DNA of 64,000 bases from Oopsacas minuta. Taxonomy: Eukaryota; Animalia; Porifera. The stretch is taken from NCBI GenBank assembly GCA_024704765.1, contig JAKMXF010000333.1, positions 62,001-126,000 on the forward strand, in the 5' to 3' direction. Shown here piece after piece: positions 1-12,035 of this stretch. Below the pieces are notes generated by a model. The model was not told where the DNA came from and did no database searches. It saw only the letters and a program-made list of their open reading frames with translations. Within the stretch, counting starts at the first letter, position 1; every line of letters begins with the position of its first letter. The translations under genes were made by a program, and so were the position numbers.

Positions 1-920
1 GGATATGATATACAAATTCCTACATTAAGCTGATTAGAGTTGTGCACACATATTGGAGGTCTTTTGCAAACGTAATGTTAGCACGTTGTGAAGTTACTAG
101 TTTGCATGCCTGGAGCAAGCAATTCTCAGTCTTCAATAACCGTTTTAAATGAGAGTACTTCTGTTTACCAATTTCAAGCTGGTAAAGAAGGAAGGTTGCC
201 TTATTCTGGTAAAGCTAATAAAGAATTATATGAACTTAATGGTCTAGCTATATATTGAACTTAATGAGCTGATATACCTAGCTGATTGGGGTAACTGTCG
301 TATGCAAGTTGTTACTTTTGAAGGAAACTGCGTCACTTATTTTGGAGAAGACATATTTAGAATCCATTTGGCGGAGCATAGTAGTAACATAAGATCACGT
401 CTTAGTTACGGACTAAAGGTAGCGAGTACTGATACCAGAGGATCAGGAGAGGAGGAGCTAGATTAATCTACAGGACTCTGTACAGACTATAACGGAGATC
501 TGTATATAGCTGATAGTAGCAATCACCGAGTTTGTATTTATTCAAATGAACTTAAATTCCTAAATTATTTGGGTACTCAACAGCTGATTACCCCTATAGA
601 TGTTAAAGTAACTCCAAACAGCATTTTAGTGTTAGACAGGAGTCCAAATTGTGTCCACTTCTTCTCTAGAAGTGGACACACCTAATAACTCGTGTGCTAC
701 TCAAGGGTGGTCGGATATGGTTTATAACCCATTCTTCTTCTGTTTGGACCCATCAGTGAATATTCTCATTACCGATTATTCCTGTGACGAAATCAAGATA
801 CTCTCTCCTTCAGAGGGACTACTAAATGATATAGCGGAGAGAGGGTGTGTAAGATGGGAACTTAATCCTCCACCTGGTATTTTTCTCTCAATTTGGAATT
901 ATATTTATTTCATCAAGTGA
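1..920 (+). pseudogene. Degraded NHL-repeat (beta-propeller) gene, 5' end probably outside the window
   Basis: Manual translation gives NHL repeats (NELIYLADWGNCRMQV; GSGEEELD*STGLCTDYNGDLYIADSSNHRVCIY; PIDVKVTPNSILVLD; MVYNPFFFCLD..NILITD). There is an in-frame TAA near 463 and a frameshift near 680. Confidence 0.75.
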
Positions 921-1928
921 TATGATTATTATTAATAATATTTAGTTATTTGTGTTATCATCAACAAATATTTAGATAAAATGACATAAATCCACATTCC
1001 AAATTTCTGTTTAGTTGCCAGGTTTATATTCATATATTAGTTTTTCACACCGTGGGCAATAATGTCTGACACTAATTTTCCTGTTTCGACAATGACACCA
1101 GAAAATGCAAGGTAAACAAATCCAAATACCAAGTAAACAAAATAATCAACAAACACAAATAAACACTATACTGGACATCACACAGCCTCTTCTATAATTT
1201 ATAAATGTGAAAACGTGTTTGCCACAAATTGGACACAAAACGAATTGGCTTTTATCCTCCAGTTCTGTCAAATCTTTTGGCAGGGGTCCAATAATTTGGG
1301 CGGGAGGGGTGTAGTACTATTCCTGTGGTTCAATATGAATTCTTTTAAATTCGTGTCGCCATGATGGTGACACACCTCGAACTACTTTTTATTTCGAGCT
1401 CACTCTGTGGTAACTTAACTTCCTTATAAGGAAATTTCCTTGATAATAGCTATGACACAATGTGGCAAAGAGTGGCTGTTCAAATGATGAACACGTTACA
1501 AAGGTGAAATATGAAAACCGCTTTATGGTGGTGAATAACACCATGAGTCAAGAGCATAGTCCAATAAATAACAATTGATAATATGGATCTAAACAGCTGA
1601 TAAATTTCAACATCCAATCTCACATATATTTATTGTATAGATATGTTTTCCTATTTTTTATTTGTTTGTTTGTTTGTTTCCTGTAAATTATATTAAATAA
1701 GATTTACTTTCCTTCAAAATAGTATAATTTGTTTTGTTGTTTGTTTTCGATTGTTTGTTTGTTTGTTGTATATCTATCAATATAATTTATCTAGGACAAT
1801 TTGTTATTGTCTTAGCCCTCTGTCATTATGTAACTGGGACTATAAACAGTAGACTCCGCTTAATAGTACCACCGGTTAATCGGTCCAAATGCCTCTGGTA
1901 CCGATGTGGCCCTATAAAGCGGAGTATA

Positions 1929-3241
1929 CTAGGTTGTCCAAAAAGTTCGCGGAATTTTATCCCTAGTTTGTGTTATATACACTCTATCAATTAGCCTATT
2001 GTTTCGATTAATTCTAATATCCCTTATCTCAATTATCCTAACTTTTGTAATCAAAAAGTTTGGTTTAGGTATTCTTTTAGCATCATTTACGATTGTCGTA
2101 TTTTTTTCTAAAATGGAAAACTCAGAAGATGGGAAACGATATATCATTTGGTTTCTCTGGAAACAAAATAAAAGTGGAAGCGAGATTCTCTACGAGATGG
2201 AAAAGGTTTATGGTAGTAAATGCCCTGGTAAATCGATGGTTTACAAATGGATTGACAGATTTAATGATGGGCATTCAACTGTTGATGATAACCCAAGACC
2301 TGGCCGTCCGAAAACATGTTCCAACCAAGAAAATATCAAAATTATATCAAACATTCTTGATAAAGATAGGCGTGTGACTCTGCGGCAGTTAGAGGAAGAA
2401 TTGGGGATGTCAAAATCAATACTTGATAAGATTCTAACTGAACAATTGGGAATGTCGAGAGTTCTTTCTCGTTGGGTTCCCAAATTGTTATCTGAATCTC
2501 AAAGGATTGAAAGGGTTCGTGTTTGTCGCCAGCTCTTACGGATTTCTAAGAAGGAGCCAAGGTTCTTTGATCGTTTAGTCACAGGGGACGAGACTTGGTT
2601 ACATTTTTATTAGCCTAAAACAAGTTTACAGACGAGTCAATGGAAGCGTAGGCATGAAGCAACTCCTATTAGACCCAGAACCGTCGCATCAGCAGGTAAA
2701 CGGATGGCAACAGTTTTTTGGGACACAAAGGGAATAATCATGATTGATTGGTTACCTAACAAAGTAACAATAAATACTGAATACTATGTTCAAGTTCTGA
2801 AGAAATTGTGCGAAGCTATCAAGTCTAAGAGGCGTGGCAAGTTGAGTTCTCATGTTTTGCTTCAGCATGATAATGCTCCAGCCCATACCAGCAGGCGAAC
2901 TTTGGATGAAATTCAACATTTAGGGTTCGAATTACTCCCACATCCCCCATACAGCCCAGATCTAGCGCCCAGCGACTACTGGCTTTTTTCAGAAATGAAA
3001 AGACCACTTAGAGGTAAACGTTTCAGCGATTTTGGGCACCTTAGGTCCGCTGTAAATTCATGGATTCAAGGTACCCCTGAAAAATTCTTCACCACAGGAA
3101 TAAATAAACTCCCATCAAAATGGAAGAAAGGTATCGGGGTTAAGGGTGAATTTATTGAAAACTATGAACAATAATTAGTTGAGTATGATCATTGATAAAT
3201 AAAATATATTTGCAATTCCGCGAACTTTTTGGACAACTTGG
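1929..3241 (+). mobile_element. mariner (DD34D) DNA transposon, 1313 bp, non-functional
   Basis: 28-bp TIRs (ctaggttgtccaaaaagttcgcggaatt; 2 mismatches between ends) with TA target duplication at 1927-1928 and 3242-3243; internal transposase. Confidence 0.95.
2113..3174 (+). pseudogene. mariner transposase with a single nonsense codon
   Basis: HTH, WVPKLL, VTGDETW, QHDNAPAH and YSPDLAPSD motifs with D34D spacing. In-frame TAG at 2611-2613 replaces a conserved Glu (HFY*PKT); the frame continues into the 2704-3174 ORF. Confidence 0.93.
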
Positions 3242-3635
3242 TACTGTATTTCAATTGGTCCAGATTTTATAAAATATTTTGTTCACACTTGTGGGTACTA
3301 AGGACACATTTATTGAAACAGGAACTTACTTTCGAGACTTGTGAAATTGTTAATATGGTTAAACTCCATCTCTATTTCCCCTATTTTCCCACTGTGTAGA
3401 GAGTAAGTTGCACACAGATAACAGAGAAAGATCCAATTAGCTCAATTCTAAGTAATACTCTACAGTAGATGCTCTCTCAAAATATTTTCTGGGAAGAACC
3501 TAATAAGTAGGATTTCAATTTCCTAAAGACTTGATCAATCTCCTAATATCCGTAATTGAGGCTTTGTTTCCCACGGGCAATATACTAATACAATTGTGAT
3601 GATCTATTTAGGTGCTCAATGCTAGTGATTTAATA

Positions 3636-4940
3636 CGAGGGTCAGTCCAAAAGTTTTGTCGTACAAAGGTTCTATTTTGTCTCCAATCAAATAAATACAA
3701 CACTATATACTTAGATATGTATAATGACTCTACTATTAATTTGAGCTATATTCAACACTTATTTCCTGAGTAACGCTATTTTATCCATAAGCCTATATAC
3801 AGATTTTATTATTACTGAATGGAACTGGAAAGAAGGGATTTTAGAGCCATGATGTTTTATGACTTTATGCGCAAGATATCAGTGGAGCAGAGTCATGATA
3901 ACTTGGTGGAAGCTTTCCAAGATCAAGCTCCATCTAAGCGTACAGTGGAGCGTTGGTATCTAGATTTCAGGAGGGAGAGAACGTCATTACAAGATGAGGC
4001 TAGGTCTGAGCGACCTTCAACCGCCGTCACCCCAGAGACTATTGCTGCTGCGAGACATTAATCAGGGAGGATAGCCGCATTAACTATGAGCAGTTTGCTG
4101 AGACCCTAAAGATCGGGAAAGCCGCCATCAATACTATTCTACATGATTATCTTGGTGTCAGAAGGCTTGCGGCCCGATGGATCCCTCATAATCTCTCTGA
4201 AATGCAATTAGAGGCAAGGGTAGAATGGTGCAAGTTTATGCTCAAGAAATTTAAAGGAGGAGAGTCTAAACGAGTGTACGACATACTAACATGTGATGAG
4301 ACATGGATCTATCAGTACGATCCGGAAACAAAGCGGCAATCTTCAATCTGGGTGTTTCCTGGCGAAGATCCCCCTGTTAAAGTTCGCCGGGCTCGCAGCG
4401 TTGGGAAGAAGATGGTGGCTGCTTTTTCTGTAAGACTGGCCCAGTAGCAATAATTCCTATCGAGGATCGTCGTACCGTCAATGCTGATTGGTACATTAAC
4501 AATTGCCTGCCCAAGGCTTTCGAAGCTTGGAGTTCTCGTCGCCCTAAGACTGGTATCAGAGGACTTCTCCTTCACCACGATAATGCATCTTCACACACAG
4601 CAGCCAAAACATTGGACTTCCTGGCTGAAAATTCGGTCCAGTTGGTATCGCATCCACCTTACAGTCCAGATTTAGCTCCATGCGACTTTTTCTTGTTCCC
4701 AACAATCAAGGAAAAGACCCGTGGAATAAGGTTTGAGAGTCCTGAAGAGGCTCGTCTGGCATTTGAAGAGGCCCTTTGGAGCCTGCCAGAGGAAAAATGG
4801 CATAGTTGTTTCGACAGTTGGTTTCATCGTATGCAACTTTGCATAGATTGTTGTGGTCGTTACTTTGAGAAACTGTGAAAGTTTGATTAAATTTGTTATT
4901 ATATTTTTTGTGTACGACAAAACTTTTGGACTGACCCTCG
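3636..4940 (+). mobile_element. mariner (DD34D) DNA transposon, 1305 bp, non-functional, different subfamily from the first
   Basis: Perfect 30-bp TIRs cgagggtcagtccaaaagttttgtcgtaca with TA at 3634-3635 and 4941-4942. Confidence 0.95.
3819..4878 (+). pseudogene. mariner transposase with two 1-bp frameshifts
   Basis: WIPHNL, LTCDETW, HHDNASSH and YSPDLAPCD motifs (D34D). Frameshifts near 4057 and 4428 join ORFs 3819-4061, 4202-4447 and 4612-4878. Confidence 0.92.
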
Positions 4941-7309
4941 TAGTGTTCCACGAATTCATATTATCCAACAATTACATGTGGATGAGCGTCTAAAATAGTT
5001 GTTATAATTTTTTTCACCACAGCGTCCATATCCTATGAACAGCACGAAGTTGTTTATCTTATTCACTGAACTACCGACAATAGGATTATCATATGTATTG
5101 TTACTACCATTCTCTTTTTCTTCAAAAGGGTTAAGTTTCATAACCTGTTCCTGTTTTACATTTGAGTTCATACATTTATCAATGGAATATCGTTTTGTTT
5201 GTATTTCTCCTTCACATACTTTAAGGGCTAATTCCTCCCAATTGCTATCACTCACATTTTCTTGTTCATTTTCTCCCAGGAATGTTCCATTGACAATTCC
5301 CCAATTATTTCACGAGTCCTACGTACCTCAGAAATATAGATTATCCCAACACAAATAACAAGGAAGGACAGGAGCAAGTTCAGTATGATATCCTTGATGG
5401 GAGATAATTTGAGCTTCAAGTCTGTTATATTTCGTATTAGAACTAAAAGCATCAGTGAGAATGTACAATGTTGTCAAGTAATTAGACTATAGTATATGAA
5501 TTTGTATCTTATTAACTAAATTTGCATATTTTGCAAGTCGTAATTCCTACTTGGGGAGGCTGTACGAATGTGCCTAGATAAGCTCAACATGATTTATTCA
5601 ATGAGATTATGAAGAAAACTAACTATATTGAGGATACGAGATCCGAAATGACAGACGGAAGCCAATTTAAGTACAATACACTATAAATCCCGGGTCTGTA
5701 TCTAGGACAGTATAAAGACTACGTACAAGTCATTGGATATGTTCAGGAGTTAGACATGTCCCAGAAGAGGTTGTAATGCCAAAATCAAGGTTTGGTAGAT
5801 ACTGATATTGATTACAATCTCAGATATCGATACGTTATATCGGAATTTGCCAGATAAGATAAATATGGCTTCAATATTTCGAATACAGAAACTATCGAAA
5901 CTATCGAAATATAGGTGGAGTACCGAAATACCGGAACGAAACAGAGTATATCGTGAATTATTGGGAGATATGAGAATACATATGGAAATTCATTTAGATA
6001 TTTGTTCGATATATTTTTGTTTTGGATATTCCCGATATCGATATTTGCAAATTTTTTCATATCTGATTTATCCAAACCATGCCAAAATATGTAAATAGCC
6101 TAAAACTATCCGAATTTCAGCTCCACATGAGATCCACCCGAGCATGCATGCAGGCGGATCAACAGGAAAATTGGTTCATTCAGAGAAAAGAAAATGACTA
6201 AAGTCAAATATGATAGAAAAGAAAAAGTAATCTACATTAAACTATTAGCTAGTTTATACACTGTAGCGGAATTACATTGAGTAAATATTGAAATAATGAC
6301 AATAATGGTAATATTCGTGTAGTCAAATAAGATGCGGGTGGCTGAAACACGTTTCCAACTAACAGTGGCCTTACAAACGCCAATCCATTATTAAAAATAG
6401 AGAAATAAGTATATCAGGAATTCACGGTTTTACCTTTTACGTCGTTCATTACGATAGAATAGGTTTCTATGCAAGATTCAATAATTTAGTACTATTACAC
6501 AATTATTGGTTCAAATTTCAAAACTTTATTTCTAGGAGGCTAAGCACTGGTTAAAATCGACGATGGTTTTCATGGTTCAAAGAAATTTTTTAGGATGATG
6601 GGGAGGTCCCAGAATTTCATTGGGTCTCCTCTCGAATTATTTCACAATGTATGAAACCCTTTCGATAACATAGCAACTATATATCTTTAGTCTATCTCAG
6701 CAGAAGCGAGAAAAGAAGCAGTCACAAACAAAAAACACTCGAGGGAACTGAACAATTACGAAGCTTTGCTAAGATCACGTAGGTTCTTTCGAGAAAATAC
6801 GAAGACATCAGCTACTTCGGGAATGGATTAATTACTCTGTATAATGAAGATCTGATCTCTAATCCGAAATTATCCATAAAAAGAATGTGCAATCGTATAT
6901 AAAGATATACTGTGATAATTATTATCTGGAAAAATATTCTCTAGCGCAACAAAGAGCAGATACAGCATAGAGTGTAGTCAGAATGAATTTGGACCTCAAA
7001 TATCTTTTTGTATATTTCTCTTTAATCAGTTAATTAATGGTGGTATCGTTACGGTATAAATAGTGTTTGGTATTCAATTTGGTTATAAAAATTCTCGGGC
7101 ATTACCCTATCCTCCTGTGTGACACCCTTATATATGCAACTAATGCAAGCTTCTTAGAGTTGGTCCGGTTAGAACCTGACAAACCGAACCATCTCCTATG
7201 ACCATGATATATCACCGACTCACCGAGAAAGCCTAGATTCATATTCATGTTAAAATACTATTTTCATAACGCTCCTTTGATATATTATGATAGTAGCTTA
7301 GTATAGCTA

Positions 7310-8707
7310 ATGGATATACCTACTGTTCCAAGTGAATTTGTTTCCCGAAAACTACTCGACCCTCTTACATTGTTGGACATAGAATTACCCGAGATACTCC
7401 ATGCTCTGCTACCAACTGAAGGTATCAAGGAGAGGGTCAAGATAATGTTGGGAGTGGATTCCATTTTCTTATATCGCAAGAATCACGAGGAGGCGATCCA
7501 TGAAACCAAATCCTATGAATTTGATATCATTGATCTACAGATACAAATAGAACCGCATGAAGGGTTAGGCGTCACTATAATTGGAGAGCAACCTGTTAGA
7601 GTCAGCAGAATATTTCCTGACTCCCCAGCTGATTTATTTGGCGTAAAGGGAGATGATATAATTGACTCTATAAATAATGTTAATATTTCCCAGCTAGATC
7701 ATGATACTGTTGTTAAGTTTCTGAAGAGCCTTTCTGGAACAGTAACACTAACAATTCTACGTACCAAACTACTCAACTCAATTCAATCAATATGGGAACA
7801 TTACTTGTCTATCCCTCTCTTGCATGCGTCCGTAAGCTTGTATAAATCAGGCACTGTGGTCAGGCTTAATAATGGATTTTCTATTTGTAGCGCTGACGGC
7901 GAGAAATGTGTCATAATCTATTGCGATGATAAGGAAAGCACAGAACTACTTTTGTGGGTAACTGCCCTGAAGAAATCCTTACTAGAATCAAATTTAGCTT
8001 ATACTGATGGGTTAAATCGGCTAATACCGAGAGATGAGTCAGTTTTGGTTACTGGCTTTCTCTTTGAGCAACTACATCCCTCTCCAAACCTCTCTTATTG
8101 GGAGAGAAAATTTGTTGTTTGTACTCAGAGGGAGATCCTGATATATTCCTCTCCTCCGCCAGATGGCCATTCTTGGGAACAATTCGATACTAAACTAGAT
8201 CTAATGACAACAACATTTCATATTCTCAAAGAGAGAAATGATTTGAGAACAAATTCATTTATTCTGCGGTCTGGATTTGGCACACATCATATTCTGTCAG
8301 CTGAAACCTGGGATGATTTAATGATTTGGGTTAATGCACTATGTAGCTCTACACCCAAACTAGTTGTTATGCATCCTTTAAAAAGGTATACAGGCATTTG
8401 GAAGAAAAGAAGGATCGTGTTTGAGATTAATTTTTCACTTTCCAGCATTCAGCTCTTAGACTATATAGACAACATGGTGATATACAGTTGGCCGTTTTCT
8501 ACAATTGAGTATACCAAAGAATCTCTAAACAGTTCTCTTGTTATCCGCTTTATCGAGTCATCTATCCCTGAACACCAGCCATCATCTATTCAGGTCCAAT
8601 TAGAGAACATTCCTTCAGTTATCCACACATTACGGTCGTTCCTCTTAACAAAGTTGTCAGCGAATGAACCTAAATACGTTCAGACATTTACTCTCAATGC
8701 CTTTTGA
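7310..8707 (+). CDS. SNTG: Syntrophin (gamma-like): split PH1-PDZ-PH2-SU, single exon, 465 aa
   Basis: PDZ (EGLGVTIIGE..VSRIFPDSPAD..DIIDSINNVNI..HDTVVKFLK) is followed by LSIPLLHASVSLY, W..ALKK and GFLFEQL..RKFVVC..ILIYSSPP, as in gamma-syntrophins. Confidence 0.8.
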   Translation: MDIPTVPSEFVSRKLLDPLTLLDIELPEILHALLPTEGIKERVKIMLGVDSIFLYRKNHEEAIHETKSYEFDIIDLQIQIEPHEGLGVTIIGEQPVRVSRIFPDSPADLFGVKGDDIIDSINNVNISQLDHDTVVKFLKSLSGTVTLTILRTKLLNSIQSIWEHYLSIPLLHASVSLYKSGTVVRLNNGFSICSADGEKCVIIYCDDKESTELLLWVTALKKSLLESNLAYTDGLNRLIPRDESVLVTGFLFEQLHPSPNLSYWERKFVVCTQREILIYSSPPPDGHSWEQFDTKLDLMTTTFHILKERNDLRTNSFILRSGFGTHHILSAETWDDLMIWVNALCSSTPKLVVMHPLKRYTGIWKKRRIVFEINFSLSSIQLLDYIDNMVIYSWPFSTIEYTKESLNSSLVIRFIESSIPEHQPSSIQVQLENIPSVIHTLRSFLLTKLSANEPKYVQTFTLNAF

Positions 8708-9924
8708 TTCGTTGTATTTCTACGCTATTATATATTATATGTATACCATCATTTCATTTATTCTAGCTAAATACATTTAGAATTATAAACATTATTTGCC
8801 TTGTACTACTTAGGGTAAACGGATATTTCGTCGCTAGGTGATTATTGTGTATTTCGTTCAGTATTTGAACTGTAGTGAAGAAATTTGCCTTGGATTAGTG
8901 GCAGGCTTGATTAGGGACTTCGCCAAGATTTTTCACCTAGGGAGCTGCAATGAAATTACCAGGGGGGCACGAATTTACCATGGTGCAGGACGAGGGGCTA
9001 AGTGTTTTCACAGGTTTAGCAGAAGGCATGCCCACTGACAGATCGATAAATTTCTTGTTGGCATAATCATCCAGCTGAAACTTGGGTCTGGGGCGCTGTA
9101 AGTTACCATTGAAGTCGAGGCTTAGCCCCTGGACAACAAGCTATGACATGAATTTCCTTTCTACTGTCACGTAGGTTTGAATCTGCTAAATACATATTTG
9201 GTTTGGAATATTTTCGGATTGACTTTGTGCTTTGCTTATATGAATTTGATTGATACATTTGATCTGGGTAATACTAGAAAAATAGTACTTAGGTCCATAG
9301 ATCAATACGTACAATATATGTCCCTAATATTAGGTGAAATTACATATTATTGTGGGTAAGATGCGAGCGAAGGGATCCGAAATTTCCAATTTGCAATTTG
9401 AGTCATAGGGGCATGCCCCCCCATCACGAGTTTACAAGGGGCATGTTCTTGGTCACGAGATGTTACTAAGGGGCATTGCCCCCACGTGGCGACGCCCCTG
9501 GGTTTGATCCTAGATGTTGTCAGGATCTCTGACTACCTCAGGTTGTTGGATTGGGTCTTTGGAATCGATATCTACTTGCTAAATTTGATTTTGATTGGAT
9601 TTGTTATGAATATCGCTTAAAATTGATATTTTCTCTAATATCATAATTGATCTTCTCTGGATCAAATATATCCAACCAAGACCGGGAATACTATAATTCG
9701 CAACACCGACACGCTCTAAGGGACCTAATGGCGAGTTAATTATATGGCCTAATCTGGTCCGGCGGTTTCTGAAAAGTGTCCCAATTTGAAAATATTGGTG
9801 GTAAATTTAATAAATTCTATTAATTATATTCTGCTACGATATGTTCCTGCGACGAAGTTTTCGCCAATCACAACTTAGTACGTATCTTTACAATGTGGGC
9901 GGAATTGTAACAAACTAGGTTCTC

Positions 9925-10460
9925 GCTCATATCTTTACTCGAAAGGAGTGTTGACCTTTTAGAAAAGTTTATACCATGCAGAAACTGAAAAAATATCTTT
10001 ACAGTATTGTGAATTAATTGTACGGAGGGTAATTGCATGATGACATGGCACAATTTGTGGCGCAGGTAGGGATAATGAACCCATTTGTTATGGATTTGCT
10101 AAGTTACTGATTCCTTTCAAACACATTTTTTTTGCAAGAAGACACAGTGATCCACAGTTTTATTTATTATACCTTTGAAAATGGTACAATATCTTCTAAG
10201 ATGCTGATCTATTCCCAATGTCTAAAAAGAAAAACTGTGGCTCACTGTCTTCTTGCAGAAAAAATGTGTTTGAAAGGAATCAGTAACTTAGCAATCCATA
10301 ACAAATGGGTTCATTATCCCTACCTGCGCCACAAATTGTGCCATGCCATCATGCAATTACCCTCCGTATGATTCACAAGAATGTAAAGATATTTTTCAGT
10401 TTCTGCATGGCATAAGCTTTCCAAAAAGATATAAGACTCCCTTCTCCAAAATATTTGAGC
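9925..10460. repeat. Fold-back inverted repeat (MITE-like), ~200-bp arms, ~70-bp spacer
   Basis: 9957-10161 is a near reverse complement of 10231-10428 (e.g. catggcacaatttgtggcgcaggtagggataatgaacccatttg), with weaker similarity outward. Confidence 0.85.
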
Positions 10461-10613
10461 GAAATTTCACAGCTACTTACAGTCCTACACTATTATGCTA
10501 GTAGATTTCTGAACCTTTTTTATAAAATATTTAGCCAGAAATTGGTTGTAGATGCAATGGAAGGGTAGTTCAGTCATGCTAATTCTGGTGCTAAGGGCAA
10601 AGGTATTCATAAC

Positions 10614-10673
10614 CAGAGGCGTAGTTAGGCCTTCGAAGGGTGCGGCAAGTGTCGCACCCTAGCTACACCTCTG
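10614..10673. mobile_element. 60-bp hAT-type micro-MITE
   Basis: TIR cagagg(c/t)gtag(t/c)tagg; 8-bp flanking repeat ttcataac (10606-10613) / ttcatagc (10674-10681). Confidence 0.6.
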
Positions 10674-10859
10674 TTCATAGCCTATACCGTATGTTTTATT
10701 ATTAGTTTTGTGCTCTGATATTTTCTGAATTTTCTAAATACAAGTTGAGCAACTACCTGTATATATAGCATATTCCCTCATTTATTCAATTTTCTAACTT
10801 TGTATCCTTTTTCTGTTTATCTGTTAAATATTTTTTAGCCACTCAAATTCCGTTGTGAT

Positions 10860-12035
10860 ATGTCTACTGAACAAGAAGCAGCTGTTATAGAACAAGAAGC
10901 AGCTATTATAGAAAAAGAAGCAGCTGTTATAGAAAAGGGACCAGCCAAACCAGAAGCTGCAGTTATACCGCATGAATCAGCTGCTATGAAAGAATCTCCA
11001 GACAATGGTCAGGATTCAACACAATCTGTACATACCAATACTAGTTTTACAGATCCACATGATGGCACTATCTATGAATGGGACAATGTACAGAGGGGAT
11101 GGTTTCCCAAGATCAATGAAGACATGATAGCAGCATATACAATGAGTTATGGTTCCTGTCAGGCACAGGGCAATCTCAAACAGGAAGCAGACAAACCTCC
11201 TACCCATGGAGTTTGTAAGAAAAGAGAATTGAGAGAAGAGAGTGACCCGAGTAAAGATATATCCATTAAGAAAGTGAAAAATGAGACTCCTGCATGGTTT
11301 GAAGTCGAAGAGAAACAGAACAAACATGTGTATGTCAGTAATCTCCCCTCCAACACTACAGAGCAGCAGTTCATTGAATTAATGCGTAAATGCGGTGTAA
11401 TAGCAGAGAATGATGACGGGAAACCCAAGATAAAACTATATAGAACTGAAGATGGAGAATTGAAGGGAGACGGATTATGTACATATCTTAAGGTAGATTC
11501 TGTGCCTTATGCAGAGCTCATATTGGATGGTTATGATATGGATGGGCACAAACTGAAGGTACAGTCCGCACAGTTTCAGATGAAGGGAGAGTACGATGCC
11601 TCACTGAAACCTAAGAAAGGGAAGAAAAACAAGAAAAATAGAGCTGACAAATTGGTGAAATGGAAAGATCCATTCTATGACAGACCTAAACATGAGCGTG
11701 TTGTAATAGTCAAGAACTTATTCACCACGAAAGAGATAGCAGCTGATCCTCTACTGGCTGTACAAGTGAAAGAACAGATTAAGACTGAGTGTGAGAAGTG
11801 CGGTAAGGTTAAAAGGGCTATCCTCGCAGAGAGACATCCTGAAGGAGTAGTTTCTGTTATGTTTTTGGAGCATTCAGATGCAGACAAATGCGTACAGATG
11901 ATGCACCATAGGACATTCGGTGGAAGAGTGATGGATTGCAGTCTGTGGGATGGAGTGACATGCTACGTAACTGAGGAGACTGAAGAAGAGCAGAAGAGTA
12001 GGCTAGAGTTATGGGAAGATTATCTCAAAAAGTGA
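10860..12035 (+). CDS. HTATSF1: HIV Tat-specific factor 1 / Cus2 splicing factor (RRM + UHM), single exon, 391 aa
   Basis: DGTIYEWD..RGWFPKI, VYVSNLP..MRKCGVI..KIKLY..GELKGDGLCTYLK and ERVVIVKNLF..HPEGVVSV..RTFGGR are characteristic of TAT-SF1. Confidence 0.93.
   Translation: MSTEQEAAVIEQEAAIIEKEAAVIEKGPAKPEAAVIPHESAAMKESPDNGQDSTQSVHTNTSFTDPHDGTIYEWDNVQRGWFPKINEDMIAAYTMSYGSCQAQGNLKQEADKPPTHGVCKKRELREESDPSKDISIKKVKNETPAWFEVEEKQNKHVYVSNLPSNTTEQQFIELMRKCGVIAENDDGKPKIKLYRTEDGELKGDGLCTYLKVDSVPYAELILDGYDMDGHKLKVQSAQFQMKGEYDASLKPKKGKKNKKNRADKLVKWKDPFYDRPKHERVVIVKNLFTTKEIAADPLLAVQVKEQIKTECEKCGKVKRAILAERHPEGVVSVMFLEHSDADKCVQMMHHRTFGGRVMDCSLWDGVTCYVTEETEEEQKSRLELWEDYLKK
10869..10931 (+). repeat. 3 x 21-bp coding tandem repeat (E[QK]EAA[VI]I)
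   Basis: gaacaagaagcagctgttata / gaacaagaagcagctattata / gaaaaagaagcagctgttata. Confidence 0.9.

Larger units (their letters stand above)
1847..3246. mobile_element. ~85-bp CAGTAG-type (Tc1/pogo-like) MITE split by a mariner insertion
   Basis: Left TIR cagtagactccgcttaatag starts at 1847. Removing 1929-3243 reconstitutes the right TIR ctataaagcggagtatactg, followed by TA at 3247-3248. Confidence 0.65.
3300..5452 (-). pseudogene. Decayed type-II membrane sulfotransferase-like gene interrupted by the second mariner
   Basis: Minus-strand fragments give a hydrophobic anchor (LLLSFLVICVGIIYIS), then VLFIGYGRCG..(frameshift)..IITTILDAHPHVIVG*YEF, resembling the G.xRSG..LLxxHP PAPS-binding loop. 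Many stops; boundaries approximate. Confidence 0.4.

Noticed and set aside
2113-4878. SETMAR/Metnase domesticated gene
   Set aside because: No SET domain; both transposases lie within TIRs with TA duplications and are disrupted.
5780-6110. ORFs 5808-6098 (+) and 5812-6075 (-)
   Set aside because: They derive from an ATATCG/CGATAT-rich degenerate palindromic repeat; no protein-like features.
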